Positions 1-8,096 of a stretch of DNA of 14,962 bases are shown piece by piece (the stretch's first letter is position 1; every line of letters starts with the position of its first letter). The stretch covers positions 1 to 14,962 of the forward strand of contig JAEOUG010000025.1 of NCBI GenBank assembly GCA_016839445.1. Direction: 5' to 3'. Both the position numbers and the translations under genes were made by a program. The notes beneath the pieces are model-generated. The model had not been told where the DNA came from and did no database searches. It worked only from the letters and a program-made list of their open reading frames with translations. This stretch comes from Candidatus Thorarchaeota archaeon. GTDB taxonomy: Archaea > Asgardarchaeota > Thorarchaeia > Thorarchaeales > Thorarchaeaceae.

Positions 1-42
1 CATATCAAATATCCAGACCTGGGGACGCTGCGTTGTGGTCAT
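1..42 (-). CDS. Possible 5' end of a HAD-superfamily hydrolase/phosphatase, truncated by the window edge
   Basis: Not in the ORF track. Manual translation from ATG at 42 (in-frame GTG at 48) gives MTTTQRPQVWIFDM, open to base 1. 'VWIFDM' fits the start of HAD motif I (hhhDxD). It is co-directional with the GT2 gene and 50 bp downstream of it. Only 14 codons are visible. Confidence 0.4.
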   Translation of the reverse strand, partial: MTTTQRPQVWIFDM

Positions 43-92
43 TGTCACTAGGCGGCATGCTGTGGTTCACATAAGGATTCCTAAAATGCCTA

Positions 93-848
93 TCAGCTGA
101 CCACGGTTATGTTCTTCGGGGAATGATATCTTGGTCGGAGGTTAAGAGTGAGAAGCATCTTCTTCATCAGAATCATGCAGAGCGACTTGAAGCCATACCG
201 GAGGAAGCCGCCTATGACCCGGGACACCCTATCATCATAGTATCTCACGCTCACTGGCACCTCTCTAACCCTGAGATTCCTGTGAATGAGTTCGATTAGC
301 ATATCATGACTGAATGAGCCAATTCCCACTAGATTTAGGGCCTTGGCTGCATCCGTAGACAAGGCTCTGAACCCAGACTCTACATCACTGAGTCTTCTTC
401 CTACCATGAAGCTCACTAGTATGGCCATCAGGCGATTACCGATTGCATTAGAAAGCGGGACTCGCATGGAGTTCCTGGCATCGAGAAACCGGGATCCGAC
501 GACCGCGTCTGCTTCTCCTCGTAGTATTGGCTCTATTAGTGAGGGAATCTCCTTGGGGTTGAACTGCATGTCAGCATCAATCGTGCACAGCACATCGGCT
601 CCAATGGACATCGAGTATTCGATTGCTGTCCTATACGCCACTGCTACGCCCATGTTACTGCCAAGCCTGACAACTCTATCGGCTCCGGCTGAGAGCGCGG
701 CTTCTACAGTGCCATCAGTTGATCCATCATCAACAACGACAATCGTAGTGTCCCAGCACTCCGCAGCCACCCTACGTATCAGAGAGATTGTACGAGATAT
801 GGCTCTCTCCTCATTGTATGCCGGAATGGCCAGGACTAGACTCTTCAA
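93..848 (-). CDS. Glycosyltransferase family 2, DPM1/polyprenol-phosphate glycosyltransferase-like
   Basis: 251 aa, TTG start. GT-A motifs: IPAYNEE, VVVDDGSTDGT, NMG, DxD (IDADMQ), VVGSRF, DVESGFRA, VREVPV. Confidence 0.92.
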   Translation of the reverse strand: MKSLVLAIPAYNEERAISRTISLIRRVAAECWDTTIVVVDDGSTDGTVEAALSAGADRVVRLGSNMGVAVAYRTAIEYSMSIGADVLCTIDADMQFNPKEIPSLIEPILRGEADAVVGSRFLDARNSMRVPLSNAIGNRLMAILVSFMVGRRLSDVESGFRALSTDAAKALNLVGIGSFSHDMLIELIHRNLRVREVPVSVRYYDDRVSRVIGGFLRYGFKSLCMILMKKMLLTLNLRPRYHSPKNITVVS

Positions 849-932
849 TCGTTTCTCAATCCCCGTCGCTCGAATTCCTCAGTGTACGGCATCCCCCGCG
901 TCGCATATTTGAAGCTTCGCAGTTTGCTCAAC

Positions 933-1637
933 TCAGGAGTGCACCCCTGTTCCAACGAATGTGCACACACAATCATCTTGGCGGCAGAGTCGCAATCCGA
1001 TGCGACGTAGATCTTCCACGGCTTTCAGAGTGTCATCGATGCCGAAGCCCGAGAACCTATGATGAAACTCAACGCAGACTTGACCAATCTCAATCTCATC
1101 CCTTGCGATGTCACCAATCACTGCGAACTCTCCTCCCTCTATATCCATCTTCAATAGGTCAATCCTTTCGTGTCCGAAGTGCTTCATCAAGGTCACGACC
1201 CTTCTGAACTCTGCCTTGATGCCTTCTGGTTTCAGTCCTCTGTGTAGAGCTAACGAATGCGAAACGTGATCGGGGTTTCTTGGCGGATAGAAGTCACCCT
1301 GCCCGTCAAAAGAAGCCACTCCCCATGGAACGAACTTGAACTCGCGAGGCGTCTTCTGGGCTTGAATCCATCGTACGGATTTCGGCGTTGGATCAAAGGC
1401 AAACACTTCGCAGCCAAACTGGTTGACAATCACAATGTCGAAGCTGATATCCTCGCCTACGCCAAACGAATAGACGACGCTGTTCTTGTCAAGCTGGTCT
1501 GCCTGTATCCAATAGCCTCCATATTCAGTTCCAATGTGGTGAAGTGCGGCAGAAGCCTCAATGGCCAGATGCAAATCACGCCTCAGGGCCACATTGACAG
1601 ATCGTCTGAGTTTTCTTATCCCCCTGAGAATGTCCAT
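933..1637 (-). CDS. FkbM-family (Methyltransf_21/22-like) SAM-dependent methyltransferase
   Basis: Motifs YGGYW, VVYSFGVGEDISFD, VFAFDPTP, IDLLKMDIEGGEF and QVCVEFH. Start taken as ATG 1637 (MDILRG); GTG 1658 is an alternative. Confidence 0.88.
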   Translation of the reverse strand: MDILRGIRKLRRSVNVALRRDLHLAIEASAALHHIGTEYGGYWIQADQLDKNSVVYSFGVGEDISFDIVIVNQFGCEVFAFDPTPKSVRWIQAQKTPREFKFVPWGVASFDGQGDFYPPRNPDHVSHSLALHRGLKPEGIKAEFRRVVTLMKHFGHERIDLLKMDIEGGEFAVIGDIARDEIEIGQVCVEFHHRFSGFGIDDTLKAVEDLRRIGLRLCRQDDCVCTFVGTGVHS

Positions 1638-1780
1638 ACAATTCGTCCCCAGAGACACCTTGACGGCATCCAGATTTCATTAGCACACGCTTCCGAAATA
1701 TGTATGGGGTAAAGTCATATCTTCGACATTATCTTGACCTTCAATGGCCCCAGTGGAATTCTACTCCTGAGATGGTAGCA

Positions 1781-2959
1781 ATGAGGATACTCCATGTCTG
1801 TCCGTATTTTCATCCTGCGGTTTCTTTTGGAGGAGTCGCCTCGTTCACCTTTAACATTGTAAGCGAACTGCGTCGCAGGGGTCATGATGTCGTTGTATAC
1901 ACGAGCGACGCCGGTGGCAAGAATCTAAGGGTTCTACCGGAAGTTGTCCAAGGGATTCACTCGTTCCCAGTGAAGCGCTTCAGAGGTTTAGTCCCAGGGT
2001 CCATCGCGGGTTTGTTTGTGACTCCGGGACTAGTCCGCTATGTAGGAGGTGAAATCCCAAGATTTGACTTGGTCCACCTGCATGAGTACCGCACGTTTCA
2101 GAACGTGGTCGTCGGCTCTGCAGCCAAGAAGTCGTCCATTCCATACGTTCTGCAGGCACATGGCACACTTCCTCGAATTGGTGGGATGGTGTTCTCTAAG
2201 CGTCTGTTCGATACACTGTTTGGTGATCGCATTCTCAGGCATGCATCAGGCGTCATAGCGATGAATCGATTTGAAATGGGGCAGATTGAAAGCGGTCATC
2301 CCGACCTAGGAGGAGCACTAGGAGTTATCCCAAACACAGTCGACCTCACTTCAATAGACAATGCTAAGATAGGCAAGAGATTCCGAGGACGATTCGGCAT
2401 TGATGACGAAGCGAGACTGATCATGTACCTCGGCCGACTTCATCCAATAAAGGGAGTGGATGTCCTACTTCGAGCATTCTCCATGGTTGCCAGTGAAGTG
2501 AAAGACGTAGTTCTTGTTGTAGCGGGTCCCAACGATGGCGCCTTGAGCTTTCTGTCGTCACTGGCAGAGTCGTTATCAGTTGGCAACAGAGTCCTGTTCA
2601 CCGGACTTCTGAGTTTCGAAGACAAAATCGGCGCTTTGATGGCTAGTGAATTCCTCGTGGTTCCCTCCCGCTACGAGCTGTTTGCCACCGTGATTCTGGA
2701 AGCTTTCGCGTGTGAGAAGCCGGTAATTGCATCTGCAATTGGAGGTCTGCCTGAGGTTGTAATAGATGGCAAATCCGGACTGCTCTTTGAGCCTGGGAAT
2801 GATGTACAGCTAGCGCAAAGAATTCGTGACCTGCTGCAGGACAGGGACTCATTGAAGGCTATGGGCAAACAGGCCCGAGATCTCGCTTGTGATGTTTATG
2901 CGGTGGAAAAGGTTGCTGATACACTTGAGGCGTATTATGGAGATGTCTTAGCGAGATGA
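1781..2959 (+). CDS. Glycosyltransferase family 4 (GT-B fold)
   Basis: Motifs MRILHVCPYFHP..FGG, RRGHDVVVYT, YLGRLHPIKGVDVLL and E-X7-E (SRYELFATVILEAFACEKPV). Start probably ATG 1781 or 1772 rather than 1700, because the family N-terminus begins at MRIL. Confidence 0.93.
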   Translation: MRILHVCPYFHPAVSFGGVASFTFNIVSELRRRGHDVVVYTSDAGGKNLRVLPEVVQGIHSFPVKRFRGLVPGSIAGLFVTPGLVRYVGGEIPRFDLVHLHEYRTFQNVVVGSAAKKSSIPYVLQAHGTLPRIGGMVFSKRLFDTLFGDRILRHASGVIAMNRFEMGQIESGHPDLGGALGVIPNTVDLTSIDNAKIGKRFRGRFGIDDEARLIMYLGRLHPIKGVDVLLRAFSMVASEVKDVVLVVAGPNDGALSFLSSLAESLSVGNRVLFTGLLSFEDKIGALMASEFLVVPSRYELFATVILEAFACEKPVIASAIGGLPEVVIDGKSGLLFEPGNDVQLAQRIRDLLQDRDSLKAMGKQARDLACDVYAVEKVADTLEAYYGDVLAR

Positions 2960-2994
2960 GGTCAGTTCTACTCGGTCCACCTGGCAGAATACCT

Positions 2995-3008
2995 GAGAAA
3001 CCTATAAG
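2995..3008 (+). promoter_or_regulatory. Putative archaeal BRE-TATA promoter for the giant membrane-protein gene
   Basis: GAGAAA-CCTATAAG: a purine-rich element directly followed by a TATA-like box, in the 130-bp intergenic gap about 80 bp upstream of ATG 3090. Motif match only. Confidence 0.4.
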
Positions 3009-3089
3009 AGATGCGCAGATAGCTTCAGAGTCAAATCGAATGCGACACGCTGTTTGGGCGCCCCATTCCACCTGATAACCTGAGATGAC

Positions 3090-6000
3090 ATGATTATGAT
3101 ACTGGAGCTTCTTCTGGCTGGTAGTCTGGTCGCACCCGGTATGGCAATCCTAAGTGTGCTCAGAGTAGAAACCACCAGTCTCTTCGAGCGCCTCATAATG
3201 GCCTATCTCACAACCTTCTTTGTCATGTTCTCGACGCTCTACGTCTCCGGAATCTTCATGTGTTTCCATCTGGGGTCGATAGTCTTCCTGGCTATTGTTG
3301 CATTGTCGTATGTCTATCTCTTGTTCACCTATAGACATCAAATCCTATCCCGCAATTACTGGAGGGAGGCTCTTCCTCCTGTCCTCTCGCAAAGGCTTCT
3401 GCTTGTCTCAGCCTTGTTCTGCCTGCTGGTTGTTTATGCCACAATCCTGCTCACTCGCCCCCTCCTTGATTCTGACGTTGTTCAGTACTACCTTCCATTC
3501 GCAAGAGAGATTGTACGGGAAGGAGGATTCACTTACTCGACTGGATATGATTTCAATCTCTTCCTCAAGCCGGTTGGCGTGTCTGTTGTCTACGCTTGGA
3601 CATATGTCATCAGCGGAAGCATTCTCAGCGAGAGTTTCCGGCTACTGCCGCTGGTTCCAGTCTTCCTCATGGTTTCAACCACCTACGAGATTGCTCGTGA
3701 AGCAACAGAGTCTGAGAGGCTCGCCACACTATCCGCACTGGTCTTCATTCTCCTGCCTTTGCACGATCGTCTGCTCTACTATAATGCGTTCTACCCTGAC
3801 GTCTACTACTACCCAATGATTTTCTTCGTCATATTGGGTACTATGAAGTACGCCAGAACTCGGAACACCAAGCACTTGCTCTGGATTGGAGTCAGCTTCG
3901 GTGTTGCAGGTTTGATTAAGGCACAGACAATCCTCTTTGTGCTTTCCTTCCTGCTCTGCCTGGCTGCAATCGAGATCTCCAGTAAGAAGATAGTGTATCT
4001 TGTCTGTTTAGCCGCACCTCTGACGATATTGCTCCCGAACCTTCTCGCTGAGATTGGGCACCCCAGTGCGATCATTTTCTCTCTTGGCCCTGAGAGAGTG
4101 GCGCTGTTGCTTTTCGCCTCTGCTCTCACAGCCGCAGTCTATGTGTTCCTTGAGCCTCGAAGAGGAACAGCCAACTTAGAAGAAGCCAATGAAGGTCAGG
4201 CCAATGAAAATCCGAATGCAGTCATTGCGGATATGGCTGCCACCTTGAAGTCAGTTCTGACTTTGGTTGGTCGATCACTCTATGTTCTGATACCGTTCAT
4301 CGCGGTTTCGGGTCTGTGGTATCTGAACAACCTGTTTCGATATGGATCTCTCCTCTATACTTCAACTGTTGACATTCCAAACATTGAGTGGGCCAGCGAG
4401 ATAATTAACAGCCTCTTCCAATCTTCATCGACCACATCATATGCTCTATTCTTCCCCTACTTCTTCTTCCTGCTGATTGACCCTGCAGTAATGGGATTTG
4501 TCTGGATTGTCCCGCTTCTGTTGGGACTGACTCCTGCCCTGCGAAATCGTCTTGGAAGCAATACCTACCTCCTTTTCTACTCCATCGCCTCAGTCATCCT
4601 GATATTCGCACAGACTATCTACTATAACAACCCCGGCGCTGTCTACGCGACGAATCCCAGAGACCTGATCTCGCTTGCTCCCATGCTTTCGCTCCTTGGC
4701 GCAATGGCTCTTAGCTGGTTATCGCGAAGGGGGAATTCCGCAGAGGCCAAGTCCGGAATCGGCATCACAACTGGCGTCTTTGTATCGTATTACGGGCTGA
4801 TGGGCTATTTCCACAGTGTCTTTCTGTACTTCGGGGGAACCGTCTTCAGAGAGCTATGGATATACAAGCTGATCTCTGGATTCCTTGGCTACATTGGCCT
4901 GACTCTGCAAGAAACCACACAGCAGTTGTGGCCGGGTGATCGAGTCCAATTCATATCGACTCATGCGTTATCAGTTGCAGCTCTGGGGATCATTGTCGCC
5001 GTGCCAATCCTCATTCTGTATCTCATCAGAAATGATAGCTGGTCAACCAGACTCCTGTCCGGCAGGGGCCTCCCGGGTTGGGCAACCCGATTAGGACAGA
5101 TAGCAACACTCCCGAGGCTCTCCAGTGTCGATAGGAAGAGAATGAGTGCTGCTATCGTTGTCATTGTGGTTTCATCTGTAATCATAGTCCCACGAGCAGT
5201 GGTTCTGGGAACTCAAGGTGGTCCCCTAAACTCTCAACGTTATCAGCTATCTCACTACTACGGTCCAATCTACGAGCTGCTAACCGATGGCCCCAGTAGC
5301 CTTGAAGGAGACATCCTAACGTATTCTGCGCCTCCGGGACTTCAGTACTACCTTCACGAAATCAACATCATAGACCTGCGTTACTCGGCTAATCTTGCAC
5401 ACCTGAGAGAGTGCTTCGAGAGCGCTACTACTTACGAGATGGTCATCGCATTGCGCGAAGAGGGTATAGTCCATCTCCTATTCAATCCAGACACAGTCCA
5501 AGGTCTTGATGATGCACTAAACAACTCTCTGAGTTCTATTATGCAGAATGAGACACTCTCTCAGATAAGGGGTGTCTATGGCAGCTGGCTTCTCTACGAT
5601 CTCGGCCCATTTCAGGAATCAAGAGAGATTCTGGAACTGGGGAACTGGGTACTCGACACAAGGTACGCCTCAGGAAACATCAATTACAGCATCTCCGACT
5701 CTGGCATCTCGTTGACGCTTGAAGATGGACTGCCTGGTGACAGGATTGCGATCGCGAACTATCACATCCCAAAGGTCGTGGTTTCAGAGTACTCGTACTT
5801 GTCATTCACCCTTCAGGGAACGAACAACTCTCGGCTGCTAATCCGTTTCTATCTTGAGAACAACACACCAGTCGATGTGACTTACTGGCAGCCCCCCTCG
5901 GAGGTTGGCATCCTTGGCCTTGGACCATACGACGCAGAGTCTCTTCGCGGAGATGCATATATCTCGGTGATTAGTGGCGACGGAACTCCTGCTGAAGTCA

Positions 6001-6458
6001 ACATAACTGAGATTTCACTTGTAGAGCTCTTGCCAGTAATCAACCGGCACACGGTGAATCTCGGCGATTGGGTAGTGGACGCTAGAACAACACAAGGGGT
6101 GTATGAAATGGACTACACCGCAGACACACTCAGTCTCACCCTTGTGGATGGTACGCCAGGTGATCGTCTTACACTCATGGGCAATCTCTTCCCTATGTCC
6201 AACCTGTCAAGCTTCAACCGCGTCCTCGTTTCGTTGTCCGGGTCCGAGAATGTCCGGATTCTTCTCAGAGCCTATCTCTCAGATGGCAGCCCGCTTGATA
6301 TTGCCTATTGGGCGCCTCCTTCCTACTTCAGGGCATTAATCCCTCTGCCTTCTACACCATTGTCGTTTAGAGGAGATGTTTATCTTTCAATCATTAGTAG
6401 CGACGGGTTGCCCTGCTCGGTATCACTGTCGGAGATTGCCCTGTTGCTTACTGGCTAG
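3090..6458 (+). CDS. Large multi-pass membrane protein, GT-C fold glycosyltransferase-like (ArnT/PMT_2 type), with a C-terminal extracellular region holding two tandem repeat domains
   Basis: 1122 aa. Many hydrophobic helices over roughly the first 705 aa. Acidic loop motif DSDVVQYYLPFAREI after the N-terminal helices, YPDVYY, and a Lys after a TM helix (GLIKAQ), the usual PMT_2/ArnT-like arrangement. The last ~400 aa look soluble. No WWDYG motif, so not AglB/STT3. Confidence 0.7.
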   Translation: MIMILELLLAGSLVAPGMAILSVLRVETTSLFERLIMAYLTTFFVMFSTLYVSGIFMCFHLGSIVFLAIVALSYVYLLFTYRHQILSRNYWREALPPVLSQRLLLVSALFCLLVVYATILLTRPLLDSDVVQYYLPFAREIVREGGFTYSTGYDFNLFLKPVGVSVVYAWTYVISGSILSESFRLLPLVPVFLMVSTTYEIAREATESERLATLSALVFILLPLHDRLLYYNAFYPDVYYYPMIFFVILGTMKYARTRNTKHLLWIGVSFGVAGLIKAQTILFVLSFLLCLAAIEISSKKIVYLVCLAAPLTILLPNLLAEIGHPSAIIFSLGPERVALLLFASALTAAVYVFLEPRRGTANLEEANEGQANENPNAVIADMAATLKSVLTLVGRSLYVLIPFIAVSGLWYLNNLFRYGSLLYTSTVDIPNIEWASEIINSLFQSSSTTSYALFFPYFFFLLIDPAVMGFVWIVPLLLGLTPALRNRLGSNTYLLFYSIASVILIFAQTIYYNNPGAVYATNPRDLISLAPMLSLLGAMALSWLSRRGNSAEAKSGIGITTGVFVSYYGLMGYFHSVFLYFGGTVFRELWIYKLISGFLGYIGLTLQETTQQLWPGDRVQFISTHALSVAALGIIVAVPILILYLIRNDSWSTRLLSGRGLPGWATRLGQIATLPRLSSVDRKRMSAAIVVIVVSSVIIVPRAVVLGTQGGPLNSQRYQLSHYYGPIYELLTDGPSSLEGDILTYSAPPGLQYYLHEINIIDLRYSANLAHLRECFESATTYEMVIALREEGIVHLLFNPDTVQGLDDALNNSLSSIMQNETLSQIRGVYGSWLLYDLGPFQESREILELGNWVLDTRYASGNINYSISDSGISLTLEDGLPGDRIAIANYHIPKVVVSEYSYLSFTLQGTNNSRLLIRFYLENNTPVDVTYWQPPSEVGILGLGPYDAESLRGDAYISVISGDGTPAEVNITEISLVELLPVINRHTVNLGDWVVDARTTQGVYEMDYTADTLSLTLVDGTPGDRLTLMGNLFPMSNLSSFNRVLVSLSGSENVRILLRAYLSDGSPLDIAYWAPPSYFRALIPLPSTPLSFRGDVYLSIISSDGLPCSVSLSEIALLLTG
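4170..4214 (+). repeat. Degenerate 15-bp-period tandem repeat encoding ANLEE-ANEGQ-ANENP
   Basis: GCCAAC at 4170, GCCAATGAA at 4185 and GCCAATGAA at 4200, within a hydrophilic loop of the giant membrane protein. Confidence 0.5.
5637..6455 (+). repeat. Intragenic tandem duplication of a ~130-aa domain (period 141 aa / 423 bp)
   Basis: Copy 1 starts LGNWVLD at 5637 and copy 2 starts LGDWVVD at 6060. Ungapped manual alignment gives 51/128 identities. Shared motifs: SLTLxDGxPGDR, RxYL, YWxPPS, RGDxYxSxISxDGxP, EIxL. Confidence 0.93.
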
Positions 6459-6527
6459 GTTTCCTACGCCAAATCGGTGCTAGTTACCTTTTTACGTAGA
6501 CGGCTGCACATCGTTTCGGTTGGCACC

Positions 6528-8033
6528 GTGACCGAGGAACTCGACCTCCAAGGAGTGATACGAAGCAGCATCTGGCTGTACCTCGGTGTAGCGATCTTCA
6601 ACATAGCAGGCTTCCTCTACTGGATTGTGGCCTCGGTCTACGTTTCCCCAGATGTCATTGGCTCTACATCTGCAATTCTGTCCATTGAGAGCCTGGTTAT
6701 CAACGTCCTCTCTTTTGGCGTCCCGATTGGAGTTCGCCGGTATATCGGATCTGCATGGGGGAGAAACGCGCAATCCGAAATATCCTCCCATCTCTCGGCT
6801 GCACTAATCTTCTCTCTCATGATAAACATCCCTGCATCTTTGCTGATTCTCCTTTCGGCCTCGACTGGCGCAGCTTTCCTAGGATTGAGTCAATCAGGCC
6901 TTCTGTTCCTGACCATCATAATACTCCTCGATTTCTGGCCAGGAATCCTCGCATCCCTCTTCATATCCATTCTCAAGACCCAGTATACGACTGTCTCCAA
7001 CAGCGTGAGCTCGATCTCCAAGCTGCTCGTAGGTGCCGTGCTTCTTCATGCTGGTTTCGGCCTGAATGGTGTTTTTGCGAGCATAATCCTTGCGTCAGTA
7101 CTTAGAGGAGCAATCCTTGCAGGTTATGCCATCAGGACATCAAGACATCTTGGCCTTGAGATGAGGCGGTCGTTTGATTATTCCGTGTTCAGAGATTTGC
7201 TCGGTGCAGGGTCTGCCACTTGGATTCCCAACACGCTCATGGTGATTGGACAGACCCTAGGAGTACTACTAATCTTCGGTACAGTTGGAGCAAATGAAAC
7301 AGGTCTCTACTACATAGCCTTCGCCGTATCAACAGCAGTCTACAACCTCTCTGGAAGCGTTCAGAGCCTCATGTTTCCAGTTCTTAGTGGCATGTCCAAT
7401 GGACGACGGGACGCTGTTCTGGATGCAGTTCGGCTCTCCTTGGCGATTACTGCGCCCATCGCCCTCATTCTTGTGGTATATCCCTTCCTTCCATTCATGT
7501 TCCTTGGGGCCACTTATAGCCGCTCTGCCGAGATACTATTCGTACTGGTGCTAGGGGCTCTGTTCTTTCCAATAGTGTCTGGATACTCTAGCTACGTCTA
7601 TGCGGCAGGAGAATACAGGCATGTCATAGCAATCGACTTGACTGCTACAACCTCGCGCCTTGCCTTGTACTTCCTCCTTGTACCTGTGGCTCAGGGATTC
7701 GGCGCTGGAGTTGCCTACATCTCAGGAGTCTTCTTCGCTTTCCTGCCGGTAGCTGCATCCGCTCGGAATCTGGGATTCCAGCTGAACTACAAGAAGTCCT
7801 TTCAGATTATCGGAATCCCTAGTTTCATAGCACTTCTCATTGCGATTCTGCCTGTTCCGTGGTTCCTCGGTGCTCCTCTCCTCCTGATGTTCTCTGCGTT
7901 CGCCTACGCTCGGCTGAGGGTCGTGACTAAGAGTGAGTTGAGAGACATGGCACTGGCGTTTCTCTCGCCAGAGTCCGTTGCCAGAGTCTATCAGCACACG
8001 AAGCGAATCGTTGTCTTGCTCTTTGGCGACTGA
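6528..8033 (+). CDS. Oligosaccharide flippase (Wzx/RfbX, MOP superfamily)
   Basis: About 500 aa, hydrophobic throughout. Typical segments: 'VIRSSIWLYLG', 'SFGVPIGVRRYI', 'GANETGLYYIAF', 'LMFPVLS', 'LLVPVAQGFGAGVA'. Start uncertain (GTG 6528 preferred over GTG 6477). Confidence 0.88.
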   Translation: MTEELDLQGVIRSSIWLYLGVAIFNIAGFLYWIVASVYVSPDVIGSTSAILSIESLVINVLSFGVPIGVRRYIGSAWGRNAQSEISSHLSAALIFSLMINIPASLLILLSASTGAAFLGLSQSGLLFLTIIILLDFWPGILASLFISILKTQYTTVSNSVSSISKLLVGAVLLHAGFGLNGVFASIILASVLRGAILAGYAIRTSRHLGLEMRRSFDYSVFRDLLGAGSATWIPNTLMVIGQTLGVLLIFGTVGANETGLYYIAFAVSTAVYNLSGSVQSLMFPVLSGMSNGRRDAVLDAVRLSLAITAPIALILVVYPFLPFMFLGATYSRSAEILFVLVLGALFFPIVSGYSSYVYAAGEYRHVIAIDLTATTSRLALYFLLVPVAQGFGAGVAYISGVFFAFLPVAASARNLGFQLNYKKSFQIIGIPSFIALLIAILPVPWFLGAPLLLMFSAFAYARLRVVTKSELRDMALAFLSPESVARVYQHTKRIVVLLFGD

Positions 8034-8047
8034 TACGGGCAGCCCCA

Positions 8048-8060
8048 GAAGAAAGTTAAG
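8048..8060 (+). promoter_or_regulatory. Possible BRE-TATA-like element upstream of the second GT4
   Basis: GAAGAAAGTTAAG ends 36 bp upstream of ATG 8097 and resembles the AAAGGCTTAAG element upstream of gmd. Motif match only. Confidence 0.3.
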
Positions 8061-8096
8061 CCATTGAAGCACACCCGTGACTACTGGTTTAGAACG

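Noticed and set aside
343-912. 189-aa plus-strand ORF
   Set aside because: Antisense shadow of the GT2 gene. It is Ser/Thr/Ala-rich with no recognisable motifs.
788-1712. Plus-strand ORFs of 139 and 151 aa
   Set aside because: They lie antisense to the well-supported methyltransferase and GT2 genes and show no family signal.
1700-1780. N-terminal extension of the first GT4 from ATG 1700
   Set aside because: The family N-terminus begins at MRIL (1781). The extension would occupy most of the divergent promoter region.
2859-3196. Small minus-strand ORFs across the 130-bp intergenic gap
   Set aside because: They overlap both flanking genes and have no motifs. The gap is better explained as promoter and leader.
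3295-3819. 174-aa alternative-frame ORF within the giant gene
   Set aside because: Out-of-frame by-product of the T/C-rich membrane-protein codons (Ser/Cys/Leu-rich), with no independent evidence.
3090-6458. Calling the giant protein AglB/STT3 or an S-layer protein
   Set aside because: There is no WWDYG motif, and it has far too many TM helices for an S-layer protein.
6487-6494. CCTTTTTA tract between the giant gene and the flippase
   Set aside because: It could be a TATA box for GTG 6528 or an oligo-T terminator. It is too short and ambiguous to call.
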